Source: Isurus oxyrinchus
Taxonomy: Eukaryota
DNA: 64,000 nt
Assembly (NCBI GenBank): GCA_026770705.1
Contig: JANJGN010000026.1
Span: 29,636,001 to 29,700,000 of the forward strand
Direction of reading: 5' to 3'
Made by a program: the position numbers and the translations under genes. Positions 14,171 through 26,055 of the stretch are shown here, piece by piece (position 1 is the first letter of the stretch; each line of letters starts with the position of its first letter). The notes beneath the pieces are model-generated. The model did not search any database. It had not been told where the DNA came from and saw nothing but the letters and a program-made list of their open reading frames with translations.

Positions 14171-14854
14171 GTGCTGGGTGGAACTGGGGTCCTGCATTTG
14201 TATTAACGCAGGAGGGATCTTTGCCAATGGACATCTCATTGAGAATTGGCAATTGATCTACTGCAGAATGAATTAGTCCCGATCTCTCTCTTTCCCTGTA
14301 GTACAGTAAATGTGTTATTTGCAAGTAAAAGTTCCAATTTGAAAGTTACTCTCCAATTTGCTTCCAACTCTCCCAGATAGAGCTTTCTACATTATAATAA
14401 GTCAATGCCTCAGAATTGCCTCTTCATCTGAAATATTTTGCTTTTTTGCTCAGGTTCATATTCAGCATCCTTTGGTTGTTGAGCCACCACCGCTGCTAAA
14501 AATAAAATGTTTATAATTGCTCTATCAATCCCCTGTGTAATTTTAAAGACCCCTATAACCTATCGATGTGGCAAGCTTGACTCAGTGGTAAATCTCGGAC
14601 CTCTGATGACAGAGGGCGGGCTATTCATGCCCTGCGCAATGGATTTGAGCATGTGATCTAAGGTACTGCTGGACTTTCTGAGATGCTGCATTGAAAGGTT
14701 GGGGGAGTTGATGTGCCAGAGGAGTCAAGGACAGAATATATTTGGCTAAAGCTAATAAATGATAAATTTACCATTAAGTTGCTTGTTGAATGCTATAGGC
14801 CGCCCGGTATTTGGAAAGATAAAGAGAAACAAATTTGCAAGTAAATTGCAGAGA

Positions 14855-16537
14855 AAGTGGGAGAATAATAGAGGATGAAGGTATCAAAGTCTGGGAGAGG
14901 GACTGCGAAGTTCTTAAGCAACTTGATATAGGGAGTGGCAAGGTATTGGAGGCGTTGGCAGGCTTAAATGTGGACAAATCTCCAGGTCCGGATGATTTGT
15001 GTCCCAGACTGTGGAGGGCCGCAAGGGAGGCGATCGCAGGGACTCTGACCCAAATTTTTAATTCCTCTCTGGACACGGGGGAGTTGCCAGAGGACAGGAG
15101 AACAGCTAATGTGGTTCCAATATTTAAGAAGGGTTCTAGAATTAAGCTAGGGAATGACAGGCCAGTGAGGCTCACGTCAGTAGTAAGGAAACTATTGGAT
15201 AAAATTCTGAAGGAGGGAATCTATCTCCACTTGGAGTGGCAAGGGTTGATCAGGGATAGTTAGCATGGCTTTGTCAGAGGGAGGTCATGCCTAAGAAATT
15301 TGATTGAATTTTTTGAGGGGGTGACCAGCTGTGTCGATCAGGGTCGTGCAGTTGATGTAGTTTATATGGATTTCAGCAAAGCCTTTGACAAGTTCCTACA
15401 TAAGAGGCTTATAAAGAAGGCAAATGCACTTGGGATACAGGGTAATTTGATAAGGTGGATTCAAAATTTATTTAGTTAGGAGACAGAGGGTGATGACAGA
15501 AGGATGCTTTCATGACTGGAAGCTAGTGTCCAGTGTCATACCACGGAGGTCTGTGCTGGGTCCCCTATTATCTGTCATTTATTTAAACGACATAGATGAC
15601 TAAATGGGAGGTAGGATTAGTAAGTTTGCGGATGACACAAAGATTGGCCGGGTGGTTAACAGTGAGGTTGAGTGTCTTGGGTTATAGGAACATATAGGCG
15701 GGATGATCAAATGGGCATTTAAGTGGCAGATGGAATTTAACCCTGAAAAGTGTGAGGTGAAACACTTCGGAAGGAGCAATTTGACAAGGTAGCATTCAAT
15801 GAACGGCATGACACTAGGAAGTTCTGAGGAACAAAGGGACCTTGCCGTGTGTGTCGATAAGTCTCTGAAGGCAGAGGGGGATGTTAGAGGGGTAGTGAAA
15901 AAGGCATATGGGAATCTTGCCTTTAACAATCCAGGCATAGATTACAAAAGTAGGGAGGTCATGTTGGAGTTGTATAGAACCTTGTTGAGGCCACAGCTGG
16001 AGCACTGTGTGCCGTTCTGGTCGCCACATTATAGGAAAGATGTGATTGCACTGGAGGGGGTGCAGAGCTGATTCACCAGGGTGTTGCCTGGGGTGAAACA
16101 TTTAAGTTATGAAGAGAGGTTGGATCGACTTGTTTTCATTGGAGCAGAGAAGACTGAGGGGCGACCTGATCGAGGTGTACAAGAGTATAAGGGTCATGGA
16201 GAGGGCGGATAGGGAGCAGCTGTTCCCGTTAGTTGAAGGGTCAGTCACGAGTGTACATAAGTTCAAGGTGAGGGGCAAGAGGTTTAGCGGGGATGTGAGG
16301 AAAAGCCTTTTTACCCAGAGGGTGGTGACAGTCTGGAATGCATTGCTTGGGAGGGTGGTGGAGGCGGGTTGCCTCACATCCTTTAAAAAGTGCCTGGATG
16401 AGCACTTGGCACGTCATTACATTCAAGGTTATGGCCCAAGTGCTGGTAAATGGGATTAGGGCGGTAGGTCACGTGTTTCTCACGTGTCGGTGCGGACTCA
16501 ATGGGCTGAAGGGTATCTTCTGCACTGTGTGATTCTG
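14855..16537 (+). mobile_element. 5'-truncated CR1 LINE with stops and frameshifts
   Basis: KSPGPD, ANVVPIFKKG, RPVRLTS, DFSKAFD, KFADDTK, LYRTLLRPQLEHCV, FTQRVV..WNAL. Confidence 0.92.
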
Positions 16538-16539
16538 TG

Positions 16540-17285
16540 AGTTTACAATTGCCGAATATAGCCTGTTTCTGCCTCCACTTCACCAACAGTATGTATCACC
16601 ATCAGGGATTTTTCCAACAAAATTCCCCCGCCATCAGTAAGACTGTCTTCTTCCACAGCCATAGCAATATCCGTCTCATCCACAGTCTCAGCTCATCTGC
16701 TGATGGAAAGCCATCTATGCCTTTGCTATTTATAGATTTGACTACTGCAACGTGTCTCTGGCCGGTTTCCCACGTTCTGCCATCCATAAACTTAGCCTTC
16801 TCTAATACTCTGCCTGCTGCCCAAGCCGTAAGTTGCACCAAGTCTCATTCATTCATCGTCTCTTGTGCTTGCTAATCTACATTGACTCTCGGTTGAGCAG
16901 CACCTTATTCTGAGAATTCTCATCCTTATTTTTAAATTTCTATATGACGTCGCCTCCCTCTGTCTGTAACTCCCTCCAGTCCTAATGCACTTGCATATAT
17001 CTGCACTCTTGCAAGCCTAACAATTTGTACATTCCCCATTTTAATGACACCACCATCGGCGACTGTGACTTCAACTGTCAAGGCAATGAACTATACAATT
17101 CTCTTCCCCTCTACCTCTCTATATCTCCTTCATAGGCTTCTTGAAACCTATCCCTTTGACTAAAGGATTTACCTTCTGCAATGATATTTTATTATTTACC
17201 CCGCTATTAAATTTAGTGAGAACACTCACGTGAAATGTGTTGGATATATTGATACACTCAAGGTGCTGTATAAATGCTCAGTTTT
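16540..17285 (+). mobile_element. L2-type LINE 3' fragment
   Basis: Degenerate LHWL..ILILIFK segment and caaggtgctgtataaatgc end. Confidence 0.6.
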
Positions 17286-17879
17286 GAGAGACAATAAATT
17301 AGATCTAGTTGGTGTTGGTTCATACATTTTAACTTCTCTTTGACAAAAACAAAAAGACAGGGATAATCTGTTTCACATTAGATACAGGTTTTATTGGCTA
17401 TGGATCCTATAATTACAACTACAACATTCATCGATCAAAGAACACTTCACAGTAAACTCCAACAGCCCATGAAGCAAATAGACAATGAAAATTAGCATCT
17501 ATGTTGACAAACCAGTCATGTTTCCCCTGAAGAAGCTACTAATTCTGAATCATTCAAGTTGGACACATGCAAGTGCCTATATAGAGAAACTGAGACATCA
17601 ACCAACAGCGAATAGAAAATAAGCGGCACAAATTCCAATCTAATCCTTATGCCCTATACTTATTTCCCATATGCCTGCATTAATTGCAAACAAATCTCAC
17701 TGGTCACTCTGTTCTCATTGGCGATTATTAATTCCACTCTTACTCTACGACTTATTCTGCCCCTCCAGCACTGCATTAATTAGAACGAAGCACATCGAAT
17801 ATTCCATCCTCATGGCCATGTATTAATAACAAAGCAATCTCACAGGTCACGCTCTGCCACGGCCCTGTAGTTCTCTCAC

Positions 17880-18495
17880 TATGAATCGCAGATGGGATAA
17901 CCACCACCTGGAAGTCCCCCACCAAGCCACTCACCATCCTGACTTGGAACTATTTGGCCATTCCTTCATTGTCGCTGGGCCCAATTCCCGCATTTATTTC
18001 CCATCCCTAATTGCACTTCAGAAGGAGGTGGTGAGCTGCCTTCTTGACCAGCTGCAGCCCATGTGGTGTAGGTACACCCACATTGTTATTAGGGAGGGAG
18101 TTCCACGAATTTGACCCAGCAACAGCGAAGGAACGGCGATAAGTTTCCAACTCAGGATGGTGAATGACTTGGAGGGGATGTTCTAGGTGGTGATGCTCCC
18201 ATATATCTGCTGCCTTTGTGTTTCTAGATGGTAGTGGTCGTGGATTTGGAAGGTGTTGTCTAAGGAGCCTTAGAGAATTCCTGGAGTGCATCTTGTAGAT
18301 GCTGCACACTGCTGCTACTGTGGTGGTGGAGGGAGTCAATGTTTGTGGTTGTGGTGTCAATCAAGCGGGCTGCTTTGTCCTGGACGGTGTCAAGCTTCTT
18401 GAGTGTTTTGGAAACTGCACTTATCCAGGCAAGTGGGGAGTATTACATCACACTCCTGATTTGTGCCGTGCAGATGGTGGACAGGCTTTGGGGAG
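17880..18495 (-). mobile_element. Non-LTR retrotransposon 3' fragment with a short inverted piece
   Basis: Reverse complement of the 53500-53880 family (TVAAVCSIYKMH); 17885-17985 is the same tail in + orientation. Confidence 0.75.
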
Positions 18496-19229
18496 CTTTT
18501 CAAAAACAAATTTGGATTTTGAAATTTAACGTTTTGTCCCGCTCTCTCGACATAGCCCAGCATCAATTTTAAAGTAGACCCACACTATACCAACTCCCTG
18601 TAGCCCGATGTTAACCCAAAACAACTCTCAGGGCTCCCTCCCTACCCTATCAGCAATGGTCAATCCCAAAATTAGTCCAAATAAACCTAATAATTTGTTT
18701 CCCTGTTCTTGTTTCTCCGGCCAGTTGCTACATGCCCAATCTGGCAGATATGTCATTCTGGACTCGGCAAGCTCAGTCAGTAGCGCTGCTGCCATCAGTC
18801 TTGATCAGGGACATTGAAGACCACCACCCGACTATTTCCAATGTCATTGTGTCCCTCAGCGCTTCTACAACGTGGTGCTGAATACAGGGGGACATCGATT
18901 CACCAGTCGATAAAAGGATGTTTTGTGATAACCAATAAAAGGCTTCCTTAACCTCCCGGCTATATATCAGTGTGCCGCAATCTCTGGGCAATTTAGCTTG
19001 TTAGTGGGATAAGACATACCCAGAAATGATGGTGGAGGAGTCTGTAAGTACGTTATTGAGTATGACTATGTTAGAATGTTGCTTGTCTTTTTGGTAGGGC
19101 AGCTGTCCCAATTTTGTCACGAGCCCCCAGAGGGTACAGAGAAAGACATAGCACGGTCGAATGGGCAGAGTTTGCTTTTGTTGTTTCTGGTGTTTAGGTC
19201 GATATCCGGTTTTATTCCTTTTGAACTTT

Positions 19230-19560
19230 CTGCAGTGGTTTGGTACAAATGAGTGGCCTGTTGACGAATTTCTAAGGGCAGCTGAAAGTCACCCACATTG
19301 CTCTGGGGTTGGAATCACATGTAGCTCAGACAAATTAAGGACGGCAAATTCCCTTCCCTAAGGAATATTAGTGAACTAGATGATTTTGTTTGAATCACAA
19401 TCCGACAGGTTTCATGGCCACCATTAATGAGGTTTGCTTTTGAGCCCAGGTTTAATAATTATTTGAATTTAAATGCCTCCAGTCGCTGTGGACGGATTTG
19501 AACTCAAGTCCCAAGAGCATTAATCTGAGTGAGTGGACTAGCAGTCCAATAATATTGACT
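19230..19560 (-). mobile_element. tRNA-derived SINE
   Basis: ggatttgaactcaagtcccaagagcatta...ggactagcagtcca tRNA-like head (reverse); similar copies at 40730-41050 and 41660-41860. Confidence 0.55.
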
Positions 19561-19597
19561 CAGGTCAATATGGGCTCTGCGGTCCCTGCGCCATGTG

Positions 19598-20590
19598 TTA
19601 CTGGCGTACTCTGCAGCAACCCGCCTTCCATTGAAAAGTTTGGGACCTGAAAATGTAGAGCAGAGGATTAAGGACAGTGTTCAGGAAACTGATGGCCCAG
19701 GTATACGGACGAACATTACAAATGTACCAACTCACGGTTTCCTTTGTGGGATCCAGCAGGCTCTTCAGAATAAAAGACATTTCAGTGACGTGATATGGGG
19801 CAACACAGATAAGCAGAAGAGCCAAAATTGTCCAAATGGTTCTCAGCACTTTCTTCTTCATCATTTCCATAGATTCCTTCCCAGTTCCCACTTCACTCAG
19901 TTTCTTTGCACTCAGGGCATAGCAGGTCAAAAGGATTAGGATTGGGATGAAAAACACCACAATTTCTTGGCACAGCATAAGCACCAGGTTCTGCTCCCAG
20001 GCTGAAACCTGAGCACTGCATGTAAATGAACTGCCCAACGGGCCTCTTGCAAGGAAAAAGACCACCAAGCTCAGGGTGAGCATCATCAGCCAAGCTGCTA
20101 TTGACAGAACAACGTAATATCTGGGCTTTCTCCAGGCATGAAACTTGATGGGGTGAACAACAGCGATGTACTGGTCAATAGCAATGCAGGTCATGAAGAA
20201 AGGGCTGCCGTAAAGGCTGATTATGTTGGTGCTAATGACGAAATAATCAACTAGTTGTACTGAAATAAATGAATGTATAATTTTCAGAATGGTAATTGCA
20301 GAAGCCAGGATTATAAAGATGTTCATGATGATTAAGTCCAGAAGGAGGACATCAGAGGGCGATGAGATTTTCTTTCCTTTGATATGCCATAGTGCAACTG
20401 AGTTCGCAGTGATACCTAATAGGAAGCATGGGCCGAGAAAAATGGGAATGACAAGCAAGTGCATCATGAAAGTGACTTCTTCAGCGTTGCCCATCGAGGC
20501 TCCAAGGCTAGCATTTCCATTCTGAATGGTTGAGTTGATTTCCAACCAAGTTCGGGTGACTGTTACATTCCAGGTCACAAAAAGAGCCAT
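19598..20590 (-). CDS. Intact single-exon class A (rhodopsin-like) orphan GPCR, P2Y/LPAR-like, 330 aa
   Basis: Seven hydrophobic segments; GxxxN (GITAN), LYGSxxFMTCIAIDQYIAVVHP, TM4 W, FFIP, CxAPYH, NTVLNPLLY; N-glycosylation sequons in the N-terminus; C-terminal CC. Confidence 0.92.
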   Translation of the reverse strand: MALFVTWNVTVTRTWLEINSTIQNGNASLGASMGNAEEVTFMMHLLVIPIFLGPCFLLGITANSVALWHIKGKKISSPSDVLLLDLIIMNIFIILASAITILKIIHSFISVQLVDYFVISTNIISLYGSPFFMTCIAIDQYIAVVHPIKFHAWRKPRYYVVLSIAAWLMMLTLSLVVFFLARGPLGSSFTCSAQVSAWEQNLVLMLCQEIVVFFIPILILLTCYALSAKKLSEVGTGKESMEMMKKKVLRTIWTILALLLICVAPYHVTEMSFILKSLLDPTKETVSWYICNVRPYTWAISFLNTVLNPLLYIFRSQTFQWKAGCCRVRQ

Positions 20591-20984
20591 TGGTGTTCTG
20601 ACAAAAATGTAGAACAGCCAATCAAAAAATGTGGAGTAACTTCCAGAGGATATTGCCCAATCACGGTTGAGATTGCAGTCTCAGCTCATTGGTTTTTGAA
20701 GGAATAAACTGGATCTCAATGTCATTAATCCTCTCTCAGTGGTTTAGTTCGCATGAAGATCCCATCTGAAAACAGTGGAAACCAATTCTGCCAAGCGATT
20801 CCTGTGGCAACTGGTTACAGGATCCCAAAGATGGTGAAGGACTCAGAAGCCTGAAAATGGACAGATATGCAGAAAGCTGTTGAATTGTGAAATTTCCTGT
20901 ATTGCGAATATGAGAAAGTTGGATAAATCTATCAATGTCTTTCAGTGAACCTCTCTCAGGGATATATCTGCCTATTATCTATCC

Positions 20985-21425
20985 ACTTGGGTTTAAAAGA
21001 ATGAGTAGTGAACTCATTGAAATATATAACATTTTAAGGGGACTTGACAGGGTTGATGCCTGGAGGGTGTTTCCTCTTGTGGGAGAGACTAAAACGAGGG
21101 GACATGGTTTAAAAAAACTAAGCGATTTACCTTTTAAGACAGAGATGAGGACATTACCTTTCTCCCAGAGGTTCGTTCGTCTGTGGAATTCTCTTCTTGA
21201 GAAAGGAGTCGATGCTGCGTCTTTAAATTGATTCAAGACTGAGTTAGATAGATTTCTGATGCACAAGGTAGTCAAGAGCTATGGGCGGAAGACAGGAAGT
21301 TGGAGCTGACAGCAAGGTGGAGCTGACAGCACAACCAGATCTGCCAGGACCATATTGACTGGCGGAGCAGGCTCAAAGGGCCATATCGCTAGCTCCTGCT
21401 CCTAAGTCATATGTTCCTATGTTCC
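20985..21425 (+). mobile_element. CR1 LINE 3' end
   Basis: ELIEIYNILRGLDRVD..TRGH..FSQR..RLWNSL; atgttcctatgttcc tail. Confidence 0.85.
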
Positions 21426-21759
21426 CATTAACTGTACAATCGATGGCCACACCCTCAAACAGATGTTGTGTAGTGAAAGGTGCATCTCAGGGAGATATCT
21501 GTGCGTTGAAACGGGTCTTTCGTTGCTGCAACACTGACAATTACACACATATATATATACATTAGCTATGAATTATCTGCCTTTTTATTCCTTTCGTATT
21601 CCTTCTTTTCTTCACACTCACCTCGTTACTGTCACTCTTCTAGTCTCCTCAGAATCATAGTAGCTGAGAATCTAAATGTTTAACAACTGCTCATGGAGAT
21701 GAGCATCGCTGTGGAAAAATCACAAATTTAATCCAAAAGCTCAATCTAGTGTAGAATCT

Positions 21760-22300
21760 GTCACTGTCTTGTGTATGTCTATATCTAACATGCATTTTCC
21801 TTGCTCCGTCTTTCCCTTTCTTCTCCTATCTTTCTTCCCTCGCTCGCCGTGTGTTGAGCTCTCTATCTCACTTTCTGTTTCCCTGTCTCTAAAATTGCTC
21901 TGCTCACCTCAATTCTATTCTATCTTCTTTTTCATTCAATTTTTCGCTTTATCTCTTTCTTGGGCTTTGCGTCTGCCTCTCTTCTCCCCTCTCTGCACTT
22001 CATTCTCTGCGTCTTGCTCACTAAAAATTGTTTGTTAATTTATCACTTGTTGTCCCTACCTACTCTCTAACTTTCTGTGTCTTTCTCTCTGTTTCTGTCC
22101 CTCTCTCCTTCTCCCTGTCTCTCACAGTCTCTCAGTCTCTCTCTCTCTGTCTTTCTCTCTATGCCGCTCTCTCTCTCTGTATATATATATTTAATACGCA
22201 TATTTTTTTTCTGTCTACACTCTGTTCACTTTTTTCACTCTTTTTGTCATGAATTTATTTCCCGCTCACTATCTGTGTGTGATGTTTGCACCTCCCTCTG
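21760..22300. repeat. CT-rich low-complexity tract
   Basis: Directly visible. Confidence 0.75.
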
Positions 22301-22789
22301 ATTAGTGGCCATGTGATGATGCTTCATTTTCAGTCTGTTTACCTTTCTCTGTCAATAGGAGTTTCCATTTTACACCATTAACCATTCTGCCCGACATGAT
22401 GTCAAATTCTTCAATTTTGCTAAATATTAACCGAGAGATCAGAACGCACCAAGGCACAACTGGTAACATCAACAATCCCGTGCACTTTCAGCTTCCTTTC
22501 CCACAATCTATCCACCTACTGGTCCTCTCTAATCACACATTTCCGTTCGCTGCGCCACATTCTGGACTCCCAGCCATTTTAGCCAAGCCATGCTCCCTGC
22601 TTATCAATGTCTGCTCTCCGCTCACCCATGTCTGAATTCCTCGCACCGATCCCCACTTTAGTCCACAGGTCTGCATCCTGCTTATCCACTCCCGCTTATT
22701 CATCTCCACTTTCCGTTTTCCCACACAAGCGCTCTGCTCAGGAATCCCTCACTCATCCTGGTCTTGAACCACCCATCCCCTTTCTCTAT

Positions 22790-23340
22790 CATTGGCAGTG
22801 ACCAAGCCAGCATGGACCCTGCCTTTTAACCTGCTGAAAGTGCCACTCACCTCCCGCTTCTTCTTAATCGTTGAGTGTTGGAAAGAAGTGTTTCTCCCCC
22901 CTTGCACATCGACTGCTGGAGTCGGGGAATGTCCAAGTGGTATACAAATTAACCTGTTATTGCAGTGGACAATCGGTTTGAATGCAAGCGGGAAGCGAGA
23001 GGCTTCAGGCCATCCTTCAGTCAACTTGCAAAAGGTGCAAGCAGTTGTTGGGATTCGTTGTCTGTTACAGCTCCTGATCTGCAGTTGGTGCAATTACTCT
23101 ACTCGTACATGACATGAGAATCTCAGGCTCCTCCCCCACTCCCACATTGAAATGATTGCTGATCTCCATCTCAATGTAAATCTATTATTGTGGAGCTGGT
23201 GGCTTATTGTCAACTCACCCCTGGGATTAGAGTTTTAACCCGGCTGTAGACAGAGAGGATGGAGTTCTCCTCTCTCTCCTGCGTGACTGCTTTGGATAGA
23301 GAAACAGGCAACGACTTTACACCCTCTTTGCCCTGGGGTC
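22790..23340 (-). other. Paralogous conserved block upstream of GPCR; probable 5' exon ending in a GT donor (GAG|GTGAGT at 22850)
   Basis: Aligns by eye with 36830-37420, including the donor; the GPCR ATG is preceded by an acceptor (ttttgtcAG aacacca ATG). Confidence 0.5.
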
Positions 23341-23949
23341 AGCTGAGATTCCCATCACCTTGACTCCTGCCGTTTTCTCTATTGCAGGCCCTGTAGCACA
23401 TATGCTGTCATTATGCAATAAAATTCCCAATACTGGCGGGCCACCTAATCCTATTACATTGTTCGAGACCCTGATGTCCAGTCTCACCGTTCAACATATC
23501 AGGTGTTACTCCACACTGGGGTTTCCAAACCCTCAGGGTGACACTCAGAATTTTGAATGTTCTCCACAATGACTGCAAACAGAACTGTTTGACTATTGAG
23601 TGGGTGCGTTGGAACAGTTGTATATGACTTGGCTAGTATTTCAGAAACCCAGAATGGCGCGCTGGGGACTCAGGTTCATATCCCACCACAATCGATAATA
23701 GAATGAAACGTCTGATAATGACCATGTGCTATGCCAGTTGCCTGTTTCATTAATGTCCGCTCCACAGGGCAATCTGCTGCCCTTACCAGGGCTAGCTTGC
23801 ATATGATTTCAAATTCATGGCAATGTGGTTGGCTCTTAAATGCCCTTGGGCAATTCGTGATGGGTATTAAATTGTGGTTCCTGCATCCCATGAGTAAAAA
23901 AGCTCAAAGTGACTGGGTGACCTTGATTACTTTTCTAATTAGCATACCG

Positions 23950-24560
23950 TTTTTAAAAATTTGTTCACGGAATCTGGATGCCACTGACAAGGCCAGCATT
24001 CATTGCCCATCCCAAACTGCCCTTGAGAAGGTATTGTTGAGTTGCCTTCTTTAACTGCTTCGGTCCCTGTGATGTAGGCCCTGTGATGTATTACTGTTGG
24101 GAAGGGGGTTTTGATCCAGTGACAGTGAAGTGGCGGTACATCTTCAAGCCAGGACGGTGTGCGGCTTGAAGTGAAACTTGCACGTGCTTCCATTGTCCAC
24201 CTGGATGGCAGGTTTGGAAAGTGCTGTAGCCAGAGCCTTGTGATCTGTTGCAATTCATCTTATAGATGGTACACACAGTTGCCACTGTGCTTTGATGGTG
24301 GAGAATGTGATTCTTTAAAAATGTGGTAGATGGGGTGCCAATCAAGCAGACTGCCTTATCAAGGTGGTGTGAAATTCTTGAGTGTTGTTGGAGCTGCAAT
24401 CATCCAGGCAAGTGGGGGGAACTCCATCACACTCCAGACTTGTGCTTTGTAGATGGTGGCCAGGCTTTGTGGAGTCAGGGGGTGAGTTAGTCACTGCTGA
24501 AATCCCAGCCTCTGACCTACTCTTGTAGTTACAGTATTTATGAGGCTGGTGCACTCCAGC
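23950..24560 (-). mobile_element. Non-LTR retrotransposon 3' fragment (51480-53880 family)
   Basis: LDKAVCLIGTPSTT...TVATVCTIYKM. Confidence 0.75.
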
Positions 24561-25059
24561 TCCTGATAAATTTGTCCTTCGCCTGTTTATCTCTTCCCCC
24601 TGCTTATTAAACAAATTGTTTTAGATAGAATTACGAACTTCAAAATAGACAGAGTGTACAGCTACCCGAAGGCCCTCCATATCTATAGCTCAGTGCACTC
24701 GGGGCGTTAACTGGTAGAATTCTACTCTAATTATACACCTATCGGTTTTAACGCTGCAAAAGGAAAGCTGCTTGGTAGAATTATTAGGAGTTTGACCTAG
24801 GATTGCTTGGATATAAATCTTTTTTTTACTGGATGCAGGCGTCCATCATTAGCCATCCCTAATTGTCCTTGTCAGCCTCAGCCATGTGCTGTGAGATTAG
24901 AGATGCAAGTAGTCCAAGTTTCTTCTCCTAAATATTTAATAATGGGCATTAGATTTGTAATCTGATTTCAAATTCCAACACTGGATGCGAACAGCGGTTC
25001 CTAGGATACTAACCCAGTGACAGCACCACTACACCCTCGCCTTCCTCTCCCTGTTAGTG

Positions 25060-26055
25060 AAAATGTTAGACAGACTGAGCTTCTTTGGAGTTTCGAAGAG
25101 TGGGGGGTGATTTAATTCAATATAAGTATGAAGTATAAAAGCAAAAAACTCCGGATGTTGGAAATCCAAAACAAAAACAAAAGTACCCGGGAAAACTCAA
25201 CAGGTCTGACAGCATCTGTGGAGAGGAACACAGTTAACATTTCGAGTCCAAATGACTCTTCATCGGAACTAAGGAAAAATAGAAAAGAGGTGAAATATCA
25301 GTTGGTTTAAGGGGGCTGTGACAGGTAGAGCTGAAATGAGGGGCAGTGATATGTGGAGATTGCCCAAAGATGTCATAGACAAAAGGACAAAGAGGTGTAG
25401 ACGGTGGTGATATTAGCTAAGGAATGTGATAATTGTGACATTAAGGGTAGAAAGCAGGACGAGCAAGGTATAGATAGCCCTAGTGAGGGTGGGGTGGGGG
25501 GAAGGGATCGAAATAGGCTAAAAGGTAGAGATAAAACAATGGATGGAAATACATTTAAACATAATGGAAATAGGTGGGAAAAGAAAAATATAAATAAATT
25601 ATTGGAAAAAGGGGGTTGGAAAAGGGGGTGGAGATGGAGGACAGAGATCATGACCTAAAGTTGGTGAAGTGTATAAGATTCTGAATGGCACTGACGAGGT
25701 GTTTGTGGAAAGTATGTTCCCTCTGGAGGGTGAGTCCAGAACTAGGGGGCACTGATTTAAAATTAGGGGTTGCCCCTTTAGGGCAGAGATGAGGAGATTT
25801 TTTTCTCTCAGAGACTTATGTGACTTGGGAATTCTCTGCCTCCGAAGGTGATAGAAGTGGAGTTATTGATTTTTTTAAGGCAGGTGTACTTAGATTCTTG
25901 TTAGGCAAGGGAATCAAAGGTTATTAGGGATAAATGGGAATGTGGAATTCTAAACACAAACAGATCAGCCATGGTCTTATTGAATGGTGGAGCGGGCTCG
26001 AGGGGCAGAATGGCCTACTTCTGCTCCTAATTTGCATGTTCGTTTGTATGTTCGT
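25060..26055 (+). mobile_element. CR1 LINE 3' end interrupted by a Penelope-like insertion
   Basis: CR1 sequence at 25060-25130 resumes at ~25665 and ends in a gtatgttc-like tail. Confidence 0.75.
25135..25662 (-). mobile_element. Penelope-like element 3' end/pseudo-LTR with hammerhead motif
   Basis: Homologous to 61964-62500; minus strand 25232-25270 reads AGTT CCGATGA A GAGTC attt g GACTC GAAA T GTT AACT. Confidence 0.75.

Noticed and set aside
5926-16459. Many 100-220 aa ORFs as host genes
   Set aside because: They are fragments or antisense frames of CR1/L2 LINE ORF2
19598-20590. Assigning a specific symbol (P2RY, LPAR, GPR number) to the GPCR
   Set aside because: Family-level motifs only; orthology cannot be established without a search
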